The translations under genes and the position numbers were made by a program. A stretch of DNA of 31,837 bases from a virus (lineage: Duplodnaviria > Caudoviricetes), in the IMG/VR virus record IMGVR_UViG_3300045176_000024, positions 1-31,837 of that record. One strand, written 5' to 3'. The notes beneath the pieces are model-generated. The model saw only the letters and a list, made by a program, of their open reading frames with translations, was not told where the DNA came from and did no database searches. Below are positions 24,568-31,837 of this stretch, one piece after another; the first letter of the stretch is position 1, and each line of letters begins with the position of its first letter.

Positions 24568-26774
24568 CATGGCTCACCGCACGTGAACTGGCGGGCTTGC
24601 CTGGGATGCCTGGGAGCGAGCGCCGCACACGCGAGAAACTGGAGCACCTTGAAACGGCCTCCCGCCCCCGCGCAAAGGTGGGGGGCGGTCTGGAATACGA
24701 CACCTCGGCCCTGCCTGCTGAAACCCGCGCAGCCATCGCCGCGCGCACCGTCGCCCAGGCCACCAGCACGGCCCTGGCGCAGATCGATCCCGCTCCCGTG
24801 GTGGCCTTCGCCCCGCCCGAGAAGCCGCTGCCCATGCCGCTCGTGCCCACGCCAGAGCCGCAGCGCCGCCCGCCCAGCCTGGCGGACAAGGGCACGGCCG
24901 ACGCACGCATGGTGCTGGTCAACATGGTGCTCGACCTGGAGCCCTTGCACGGCGTCAAGCGCGCATGCGCCACGGTGGCCCTGCAGCTCGCCAGCGGCCA
25001 GGCCAGCGCCGAGCTGCAGGCCACCGCCCGCAAGGCCAACCAGCGCGCCCGCGCCGACCAGGTCAGCGCCCGCACGCTGGAGCGCTATCTCTCCATCTAC
25101 CGCGAGGGCGGCTGGTGGGGCCTGCTGCCCGCGCCAGCGCCGCAGTCTTCCCTGCACGACGTGGAGCAGGACGTGGCCGCCGTGCTCGGCCTGTACCACA
25201 GCCGCGACGCGCGCTTTCGCAAGCTCTCGGGCGCGGCCAAGGAAGTGACGCGCCAGCTCGGCCGCGACATCGACACGTGGAAGGCACTCTACGCCCGCGC
25301 CCGCCGCGCGCTCGACAAGCTGGGCAAGGACCACGAGGCGAACATCGCCCTGATCAAGGCCCGCCATGCCGCCGGGGCGCAGCGTGACGCCAAGCTGCCC
25401 TTCCAGTGGCGCGACACGTCGGACATGCTGCCCAACGACGTCTGGCTGATTGACGGCCACACGTTTAAAGCCAAAGTGCGCCACCCCGACCACGGCGCGC
25501 CTTTCGCGCCCGAGCTGACCGTGTGCGTGGATGCCCGCACACGCATGGTCACCGGCTGGTCGGTCAACCTGTCCGAGAACGTGCGTGCGGTGGGCGATGC
25601 CCTGCGCCACGGCGTGGGCCTGTGGGGCGTGCCTGCCATCCTCTACGGCGACAACGGCGCGGGCGAAACCGCCAAGCAGATGGATTGCCCGATTGACGGG
25701 TTCTGCGCGCGGCTGGGCATCGACCACCGCACGGGCATTGCAGGCAAGCCGCAGGGCCACGGGGGCATTGAGCGCCTGTGGCAGACGGTGGGCATCAACT
25801 GCGCCCGCAACTTCGCCACCTACCAGGGCAAGGACGTGGACGGCGGCACCTTCCGCAAGGTGGCAGCAGAGCTTGCCAAGGAGCAGCGCGCCGTGCGCCG
25901 CGCCGAGAAGACCGGCGAAGTGGTGGTGTTGAGCAACAAGGTGCCGACCTGGGAGCAATTCATCGCAGCGGTCGAGAAAGCCGTGTACGAATACAACCAC
26001 GAGCACCGCCACCGCAAGCTGCCCAAGCGCGCCGATGGCGAGCGCATGACACCCGGCGAGCTGTGGGCGGCCGAATACCGCAAGGACAAGCAGGAGCTGC
26101 TCACGGCGCTGGAGCTGCGCATGATGTTCATGCCTGCCGTCCTGCGCACCGCCAAGCGCGGCCAGGTCACCTTCTTCAATCAGACCTACGCGGCCCCCGA
26201 GCTGATGCGCCGCGACGTGGATGGCCGCGAGGTCAGCGTGCGCTACGACATCCACGATCCGAGCGCCGTGCTGGTCTACACGCTGGGCGGCGAGTACGTG
26301 TGCGAAGCACGCTTCGACGCCAGCCGCCGCGCCTTCTTCCCGACGCCCGTCATTGAGATGGCCAAGGAGAAGCGCGCCCGCGCCGCCATCAAGCGCCGCG
26401 AGCAGCAGATCGACCTGGCCCTGCGCGAGCTGTCGCCCACGCTGCAGCCCGACACCCTTTCCCTGCCGGAGCCCAGCACGCCCTTCGTGGTCGTGCCCTC
26501 CACCCTGGAGGTTCCTTCCTCCTCCCTCCCTCTCTCTTCCCCCGGGGGCGAGGCCGCGCAAGCGGCTTCGGGCAGGCCTTTCTTCGACACGTCCGCCGAC
26601 CGCTACGAGTGGCTCATGGCTCACCGCGACCAGTGGGATGCGGGCGACGAGGCATGGCTGCGCAAGTACGTGGCGACCGACGACTACGCGCACCTGGCCG
26701 GCTACTACGCGGCGCGGGGGCTGGAGTGGGGGGATTCATCGGGCGAGCAGCCCGGTTTTAAGAGTGCCCTGTGA
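24564..26774 (+). CDS. MuA-like DDE transposase (736 aa)
   Basis: ATG at 24564 with RBS AGGAG. N-terminal Mu-type HTH (WLTARELAGLPGMP...GGGLEY), DDE motifs WLIDGH / YGDNG / IERLW, YNHEHRH, and C-terminal VRYDIHD. Confidence 0.95.
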   Translation: MTWLTARELAGLPGMPGSERRTREKLEHLETASRPRAKVGGGLEYDTSALPAETRAAIAARTVAQATSTALAQIDPAPVVAFAPPEKPLPMPLVPTPEPQRRPPSLADKGTADARMVLVNMVLDLEPLHGVKRACATVALQLASGQASAELQATARKANQRARADQVSARTLERYLSIYREGGWWGLLPAPAPQSSLHDVEQDVAAVLGLYHSRDARFRKLSGAAKEVTRQLGRDIDTWKALYARARRALDKLGKDHEANIALIKARHAAGAQRDAKLPFQWRDTSDMLPNDVWLIDGHTFKAKVRHPDHGAPFAPELTVCVDARTRMVTGWSVNLSENVRAVGDALRHGVGLWGVPAILYGDNGAGETAKQMDCPIDGFCARLGIDHRTGIAGKPQGHGGIERLWQTVGINCARNFATYQGKDVDGGTFRKVAAELAKEQRAVRRAEKTGEVVVLSNKVPTWEQFIAAVEKAVYEYNHEHRHRKLPKRADGERMTPGELWAAEYRKDKQELLTALELRMMFMPAVLRTAKRGQVTFFNQTYAAPELMRRDVDGREVSVRYDIHDPSAVLVYTLGGEYVCEARFDASRRAFFPTPVIEMAKEKRARAAIKRREQQIDLALRELSPTLQPDTLSLPEPSTPFVVVPSTLEVPSSSLPLSSPGGEAAQAASGRPFFDTSADRYEWLMAHRDQWDAGDEAWLRKYVATDDYAHLAGYYAARGLEWGDSSGEQPGFKSAL

Positions 26775-26792
26775 CGGTTGCAGCCGTCACAG
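26769..26792. repeat. Hairpin overlapping the transposase stop codon
   Basis: CTGTGACGG-ttgcag-CCGTCACAG, no U-tract. Confidence 0.6.
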
Positions 26793-26840
26793 AGCGTGCC
26801 TGAGTTGATAGATCGAGACCCAAAGCAAAGGGGAATGTAA

Positions 26841-27572
26841 GTGAAAAAAGGATTCGTGCAAACCGCCAATTTCCGGCTGCTCAAGGAGGCCGAGAAGATC
26901 GTGGAGCGCCGTGGCGCGCGCGAGGCCGGCCTGGTGCTCATCCAGGGCAAGTACGGCATCGGCAAGTCGGAATTGACCGAGCGCTGGGCCAGCGAGAACG
27001 GCCACGTGTTCATCCGCTCCAAGCGCGTCTGGACATCGCGCTCCATGCTCGAAGACGTCGCCACCGCGCTGGGCCTGTCCGTGCGCGGTACCGCCAAAGA
27101 CGTCGAGAACCGCATCGCCGAGCACCTGATGCAGACGATGCAGACGCTGATCTTCGATGAGGCCGACTACCTGGCCGACATGAAGTCGGCGGTCAAGCTG
27201 GAGACCATCCGCGACATCACGGACGTGACGGGCACGATGGTGTTCCTGGTCGGCATGGAGAACTTCCCGGCCATCGTGCAACGCTATGAGCACATCGCGA
27301 GCCGCGTGGCGCGCATCGTGCAACTGCACCCGCTCAGCCTGACGGACGTCCAGGCGGCGTGCAAGGCCAAGTCCGAAGTGCCGCTGACGCCTGCCCTGGT
27401 GGAGAAGATCCACCACGACAGCAAGGGCCGGATGCGCCACGTGCTCAACGCCATCGCCAACATCGAGGTGTGGGCCGAGGCCAATAGCTGGAGCGAGGTG
27501 GACGTAGCCCACGTCAAGGGCCGGTCGCTTTGCGTGGACTTCAACGGCCATCTCGCCGCGAGGGGTGTGTGA
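26841..27572 (+). CDS. MuB-like AAA+ transposition ATPase (243 aa)
   Basis: Walker A GKYGIGKS, Walker B LIFDEAD, LVGM and SRV motifs, downstream of the transposase. Confidence 0.9.
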   Translation: MKKGFVQTANFRLLKEAEKIVERRGAREAGLVLIQGKYGIGKSELTERWASENGHVFIRSKRVWTSRSMLEDVATALGLSVRGTAKDVENRIAEHLMQTMQTLIFDEADYLADMKSAVKLETIRDITDVTGTMVFLVGMENFPAIVQRYEHIASRVARIVQLHPLSLTDVQAACKAKSEVPLTPALVEKIHHDSKGRMRHVLNAIANIEVWAEANSWSEVDVAHVKGRSLCVDFNGHLAARGV

Positions 27573-28201
27573 TGGCGCGGCTGCAGTGGTATGTCATTCC
27601 CGCGCTGGTGGCGCTCGCGCACAACGTCAAGAGCAGCGCGCGGCCGGTCACGGCCGCCGAGCTGAGCACCTGGGCCACCGATGGGCGCGTGAACTTCCCG
27701 CACGGCGTTGCCGCCGCCGCGCTTGCCACGTTCAGAACGCATGGCTACGTGCGCGCTGAGGCACAGCGCCACTACAAGACCGGCGCGCTCAACCGCTGGT
27801 ACGTCACGCCCAAGGGCCTGCAGGCCGCCCAGGCGGCCGTGCGTGCGACGCTCGCGGGCTCCGCGCCAGACGTGCAGGCGCTGCCCACGCGGCTGTGGAA
27901 CCTGCTGCGCATCCGCAAGCGCATCACGGCGGCAGAGGCCGCGCAGACGCTGGTGGATGCGGATGACGCCTACGACGCCCAGGCCAAGCGCATCGGCGCG
28001 CTGCTGGCGGCGTGGGCCAAGTACGCCCCCGGCGCCGTGGCCGCCGCGAGCAAGCGCGAGGCAGGGCGCATCCGCTACGTGCTGGTGCAAGACCTGGGAC
28101 GCTGGCCGCCCCCCTCGCGCGCGGACCAGATGCACCCGAGCGACTTCGGCCACGCCGCCGCGATTCCCGCGATGTACCTCCAGGAGGGCGCCGCGCAATG
28201 A
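27572..28201 (+). CDS. Hypothetical protein, probable tandem winged-helix (209 aa)
   Basis: TGATG overlap. VTAAEL...WYVTPKG and LWNLLRIRKRITAAE...RYVLVQDLG segments look like winged-helix domains. Confidence 0.7.
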   Translation: MARLQWYVIPALVALAHNVKSSARPVTAAELSTWATDGRVNFPHGVAAAALATFRTHGYVRAEAQRHYKTGALNRWYVTPKGLQAAQAAVRATLAGSAPDVQALPTRLWNLLRIRKRITAAEAAQTLVDADDAYDAQAKRIGALLAAWAKYAPGAVAAASKREAGRIRYVLVQDLGRWPPPSRADQMHPSDFGHAAAIPAMYLQEGAAQ

Positions 28202-28644
28202 CTGCATCGCCCGCGTACATGAGCGAGCCCTGGTTCGGGCTGCTGCTGCAGCGCGTGGACGCCGAAGGGGTCACCCAGGCGTCCATCGCCAAGCAGCTCG
28301 GCATCAGCAGCGGCGCACTCAGCCAAGTGCTGCACGGCAAGGGGGCGTATGGCAACGGCACGGCCAGCACGACACGCATCGCAGACCGCGTGATCCACAC
28401 CTACGGCCGCTATCCGTGCCCGCACCTGTCGGCCGAGGCCGGCGAGGAGCGGGTGATCACGGCCGAGCAGTGCCGCGCCCATGCCCACCGCCCGCCACCG
28501 GCCACGCCGCGCGGCGCGAAGCACTGGCAGGCCTGCCGCGACTGCCAGCACCTGGCCGCCAGCGCGCCCCCGGTGCCGCGCGCCGTGCAGCACCGCCACA
28601 AGGTCATCCCCATCCAGCCCCAGGAGGCAAGCCATGCCGTTTAA
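28198..28644 (+). CDS. XRE-like HTH protein with a Cys/His cluster (148 aa)
   Basis: ATGA overlap. TQASIAKQLGISSGALSQVLHGKG, then CPHL...C...CRDC. Confidence 0.75.
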   Translation: MTASPAYMSEPWFGLLLQRVDAEGVTQASIAKQLGISSGALSQVLHGKGAYGNGTASTTRIADRVIHTYGRYPCPHLSAEAGEERVITAEQCRAHAHRPPPATPRGAKHWQACRDCQHLAASAPPVPRAVQHRHKVIPIQPQEASHAV

Positions 28645-28846
28645 AGCACTCGCCCGCGCCATCGCACGCCTGCAGCAGCTCTGGCTCGCGCATCGCATCG
28701 ACCAGGTGCGCACCCACATGCGGCGCGAGCTTGCCCTGCACCAGCAGCACATGGCCCAGTTGCGCGCCGAGCTGGATGCACTGGAGCTGCGCCAGGTGCG
28801 GTCGTACATCGGCCAGCCCCTGGGCAACCGGAGGGCCGTGCCGTGA
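28634..28846 (+). CDS. Hypothetical coiled-coil protein (70 aa)
   Basis: RBS AGGAGG before MPFKALARAIARLQ. Confidence 0.65.
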   Translation: MPFKALARAIARLQQLWLAHRIDQVRTHMRRELALHQQHMAQLRAELDALELRQVRSYIGQPLGNRRAVP

Positions 28847-29064
28847 GCAACGTCATCCAGCTCCCCGCGCGCCTGGTGCATGCCGAGGCCGACTACCGCC
28901 GCCCGCCGCTGGCGTGGATCACGCGCCGCGCGCGCCGCATCGAGCGCTTCTTCCAGGTCTCGCGCCGCGTGGCCGTGGCCGAGGCCGTCGAGAACTACTT
29001 CACCTTCACGCGCATGCACCGCGAGCGCGTTCTCAAGCTCATAGGAGACCACTCTCATGTCTAA
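28843..29064 (+). CDS. Hypothetical protein (73 aa)
   Basis: GTGA overlap and RBS GAGG. Confidence 0.65.
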   Translation: MSNVIQLPARLVHAEADYRRPPLAWITRRARRIERFFQVSRRVAVAEAVENYFTFTRMHRERVLKLIGDHSHV

Positions 29065-29476
29065 AGGCATCACCTATTCCTGCGCCAACGTCTGGCGCGC
29101 CATCGCCCGCGCGGGCGGCTGGTGGAGCGTGCTGCGCACGGCCCGCGACTGGGCCGGCGTGTTCTCGATGGACGAGATCGAGGAACACCTGGTCACGCTC
29201 AAGCGGGCGGGCTTCCTGGAGGCGAAGCAACACCCGCGCGAAGGCACCGTGTACGCCTACACGGCCAGGTGCCAGGTGCTGCCGGGCGAGACGCTCGCCC
29301 CCGTGGCCACGGCCACGCAGGACGGCGGCCAGGCGGTTCTGGAGCCCTACCGCCCGAGCGTCATGTCCTCGGTCTACCGGCCAGCCCCGGCCACCTATCG
29401 CCCCGGCGCCATGGATCACCTGCAGTGCCCGAGCCTGCATATGGGCAAGCGCACGTATCGCGGAGCTGCGGCATGA
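29057..29476 (+). CDS. Hypothetical protein, possible winged helix (139 aa)
   Basis: RBS AGGAG, C-terminal RPGAMDHLQCPS motif. Confidence 0.7.
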   Translation: MSKGITYSCANVWRAIARAGGWWSVLRTARDWAGVFSMDEIEEHLVTLKRAGFLEAKQHPREGTVYAYTARCQVLPGETLAPVATATQDGGQAVLEPYRPSVMSSVYRPAPATYRPGAMDHLQCPSLHMGKRTYRGAAA

Positions 29477-29730
29477 GCACCGCCGAGCAAGACCAACGTG
29501 CGGCCGAGACGAAGAAGGCGAACGAGTTGTCGGTCCTGGTGCTTGAGTACATCGCTGACAACCCGCACCGCGTCCAGATCACGGCCTTGATATCGGCCTA
29601 CATCCAGACGGCCCTCGCCAATCCGTGCTGCACCGAGGGCTGCCTTGTGCAACTCGGCAAAGCCGCCCTCCTGCTGACCAACGCCATCGGCGCCAACCAG
29701 GCCCAGGCCCAAGGGCAGCCCCTCCACTGA
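29473..29730 (+). CDS. Hypothetical protein (85 aa)
   Basis: MSTAEQDQ start in an ATGA overlap with RBS GGAG. Confidence 0.65.
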   Translation: MSTAEQDQRAAETKKANELSVLVLEYIADNPHRVQITALISAYIQTALANPCCTEGCLVQLGKAALLLTNAIGANQAQAQGQPLH

Positions 29731-29746
29731 TCGAAAGACCACCACC

Positions 29747-30364
29747 ATGGACCCCAAAACCATTCCCCCAGGCTACTGGGAAGACGCCAACGGCAACCTG
29801 ATCCCCGAATCCAAGGTCAAGGACATCGACAAGCTGCGCCATCAAGTGGTGGCCGATCTGTGCGACCAGGCACAAGACATACGCGCGGCCCTGCAGTCGT
29901 TCAAGGCCCACGCCATGGCCGAGGTGGCGGCCTTCGTCGCCACCAGCATGGAGCAGTACGGCGTCAAGTCGGGCGGCGAAAAGGGCAACTGCACGCTCCT
30001 GAGTTTCGACGGCCGTTACAAGGTGGTCCGCCAGATGCAGGACAAGCTCACCTTCGGCGAGCAGCTCATGGCCGCCAAGGCCTTGATCGACGAGTGCGTG
30101 CACGCCTGGGCCGAGGGTGCCAACGACAACATCAAGGCCCTGGTGAACCATGCCTTCCAGACCGACAAGGAAGGCAAGATCAACACGGGCCGCGTGCTGG
30201 GCCTACGCCGCCTGGACATCCGCGACGCGAAATGGCAGCAGGCCATGCAGGCCATCGCGGACAGCATCCAGACCGCGAGCACCAAGCCTTACGTGCGCTT
30301 CTACGAGCGCAACGAAGCCACCGGCGACTACGTTGCCATCAACCTCGACGTGGCGGCTGTATGA
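29747..30364 (+). CDS. DUF3164-like protein of Mu-like phages (205 aa)
   Basis: GYWEDANGNLIP...GGEKGNCTLLSFDG...LMAAKALIDEC...AF..DKEGKIN...YVRFYER signature. Confidence 0.85.
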   Translation: MDPKTIPPGYWEDANGNLIPESKVKDIDKLRHQVVADLCDQAQDIRAALQSFKAHAMAEVAAFVATSMEQYGVKSGGEKGNCTLLSFDGRYKVVRQMQDKLTFGEQLMAAKALIDECVHAWAEGANDNIKALVNHAFQTDKEGKINTGRVLGLRRLDIRDAKWQQAMQAIADSIQTASTKPYVRFYERNEATGDYVAINLDVAAV

Positions 30365-30666
30365 GCACGGCAGCACCCACTTTCGAGCAGATCGCCGCCG
30401 AGATCGCGCGCCTGCGTGCCGTGCAGCCCCGCGTGCCCCGTTACTCGTTCTTCGGCGACGACAACCGAGAGGCCATCGACGCGCAGATCAGGGTGCTCGA
30501 AGACGCCTTGTCCCGTGACGACGTGCACGCCCGCTTTGGCATGTGCAGCCTGGAGTTCAACGAGAACATCCTGGAGGGCGCGCTCATGGCGCACGACTGG
30601 ATGACGGGCGAGCTGGCCTCTGACGAATCGTCGCCCGCCGCTGGCTGGGAGGCCATCGCCAGATGA
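30361..30666 (+). CDS. Hypothetical protein (101 aa)
   Basis: MSTAAPTFEQIA start in an ATGA overlap. Confidence 0.7.
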   Translation: MSTAAPTFEQIAAEIARLRAVQPRVPRYSFFGDDNREAIDAQIRVLEDALSRDDVHARFGMCSLEFNENILEGALMAHDWMTGELASDESSPAAGWEAIAR

Positions 30667-30842
30667 GCCCATCGCCTCGCATCGTGTGCGTGGCCTGCAC
30701 CACGCGCGAGGTCGGCATCTACGAGCTGCTGTGCGCGCAGTGCCGCCCATTGGCCGCGCAGATGGGCCTGGTGGAAGCCTCGCCTACGCCGCCCGCCGCC
30801 GAGCCGGATCAGCGCATCCAGGTCGGCCCCACAGACATTTAA
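30663..30842 (+). CDS. Small zinc-finger-like protein (59 aa)
   Basis: Not in the ORF track. MSPSPRIVCVACTTREVGIYELLCAQCRP...; ATGA overlap; CxxC-x11-CxxC. Confidence 0.6.
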   Translation: MSPSPRIVCVACTTREVGIYELLCAQCRPLAAQMGLVEASPTPPAAEPDQRIQVGPTDI

Positions 30843-30854
30843 AGGAGCATCCCC

Positions 30855-31124
30855 ATGCCCAAGAAAAAGCCCAGCTCGCAACCCAAGGCGAGCAAGCCCA
30901 TGAAGCTCCAGGTCAACACGGCCGGAGCCTGGAAGGACGTCATCACGTTTGAAGGCTGCGAGGACCACGTCACCGGCGAGGTGATGGACAACGCCCACTG
31001 GCTCGGCATTCACCACGACGGCGTGGTCTCGTTCCGTATCGCGGCCGTTGATCAGCAGATCGGCGTGCTCGCGCACTGGACCCGAGAAAAAGGCTGGAAG
31101 GAGTGCGGCGATGCAGTTCGTTGA
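30855..31124 (+). CDS. Hypothetical protein (89 aa)
   Basis: RBS AAGGAG, LQVNTAGAWKDV motif. Confidence 0.7.
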   Translation: MPKKKPSSQPKASKPMKLQVNTAGAWKDVITFEGCEDHVTGEVMDNAHWLGIHHDGVVSFRIAAVDQQIGVLAHWTREKGWKECGDAVR

Positions 31125-31548
31125 AATCCTCTCCGCACTGCTGGGCATGGTCGGCGCGCTGCTGCTTGCCACGCGCAGCCGCTATGCCGGCTGGGCCTTC
31201 GTGGCCTGGCTCATCAGCAACATCGGTTGGATCGTGTTCGGAGCCGGCAACCAGCACTGGTTCTTCATGCTGCAGCAGGCGGTCTTCACGGCCACATCGG
31301 TTATCGGAATCTGGACCTGGCTAGTGCGCCCACAACAGCGCCAGACGGGACAGATCACGCCCGAGCAGGAGCAGCGCATCCGCACCGTGATTGAGCAGTC
31401 GCTCGACACTGACTTCGTCGCATTGGTGCAAACGCCCCACGTGCTGCATACGACTGCCCCTGTGACCTATGACTGCCTCCGGCACATCCTTCTTTGGGGC
31501 ATGCAAGAGGGCATTGCCATGGAGCGAGAAGGGGGAGCAAAGGCATGA
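31111..31548 (+). CDS. Membrane protein: 3-TM PnuC-half-like N-terminus plus soluble C-terminus (145 aa)
   Basis: RBS AAGGAG. GWAFVAWLISNIGW...QQAVF...GIWTW resembles nicotinamide riboside transporter repeats. Confidence 0.65.
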   Translation: MQFVEILSALLGMVGALLLATRSRYAGWAFVAWLISNIGWIVFGAGNQHWFFMLQQAVFTATSVIGIWTWLVRPQQRQTGQITPEQEQRIRTVIEQSLDTDFVALVQTPHVLHTTAPVTYDCLRHILLWGMQEGIAMEREGGAKA

Positions 31549-31837
31549 ACCGCGAAGACGCCCTCAAGAAGATCAAGAAGTGCCTGGCACTAAGCCGCAG
31601 CGCCAACGAGCATGAGGCCGCCGTTGCGTTGCGCCAGGCTCAGCATCTGATGCGCGAGCATGGCCTACGTGAGCAGGACGTGTCGCTGGCCGACGTAGCC
31701 GAGGTGCGCGTGAAGGCATGCAGCACTGCCGCCAACGCATGGGAGCTGCGCTTGGTCGGCGTCATCGCGGAGGCTTTCTGCTGCGAGACCTTCGGCATGC
31801 TGGAAGGCCGCTACAACGATGCGGGCAACTTCGTGCG
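31545..31837 (+). CDS. DUF2786-like protein, truncated by the window end
   Basis: Not in the ORF track. MNREDALKKIKKCLALSRSANEHEAAVALRQAQHLMREHGL signature, ATGA overlap. Confidence 0.82.
   Translation, partial: MNREDALKKIKKCLALSRSANEHEAAVALRQAQHLMREHGLREQDVSLADVAEVRVKACSTAANAWELRLVGVIAEAFCCETFGMLEGRYNDAGNFV

Larger units (their letters stand above)
1..31837. mobile_element. Mu-like transposable prophage (B3/BcepMu-type gene order, siphovirus-type tail), both ends outside the window
   Basis: MuA/MuB-like genes, Ner, repressor, DUF1804-like TerS, TerL, portal, gpF, gpT-like capsid, tail tube and tape measure are contiguous, with frequent ATGA/GTGA overlaps. No tail sheath or host genes seen. 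Confidence 0.95.

Noticed and set aside
24396-26693. 765-aa - strand ORF
   Set aside because: Antisense shadow of the transposase gene.
27708-29546. 612-aa Arg/Pro-rich + strand ORF
   Set aside because: Off-frame read across several real, RBS-supported small genes.
1-31837. tRNA/rRNA genes, CRISPR arrays, Mu ends, invertase, mom, reverse transcriptase/DGR
   Set aside because: None recognisable in this window. Some may lie beyond its edges.

Overview
The whole window is the interior of a high-GC transposable (Mu-like) prophage with a non-contractile tail. Neither phage end is in the window. The layout is the B3/BcepMu type: an internal immunity switch (S24-type repressor 23364-24068 on -, Ner-like gene on +) separates two arms. 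The rightward early arm carries the MuA DDE transposase, a MuB-like ATPase, small early genes, a DUF3164-like protein and a DUF2786-like protein. The leftward late arm carries lysis, terminase, portal, gpF, a fused protease-scaffold-capsid protein, neck genes, tail tube, a frameshifted tail chaperone, tape measure and tail tip. The best candidate for an undescribed system is an AT-richer two-gene insert at 14384-15926 (339-aa soluble protein plus 4-TM membrane protein) with a RexAB-like anti-phage architecture. Other notable signals are: a duplicated palindrome/T-tract element that may act as both terminator and late promoter; a strong excess of TTTAAA with a cluster where Mu has its strong gyrase site; repeated L-x-E motifs in the capsid polyprotein; repressor-linked secreted-protein and nuclease cargo; and several small ORFs missing from the supplied ORF track. 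All family names come from motif recognition by eye, not from database searches.
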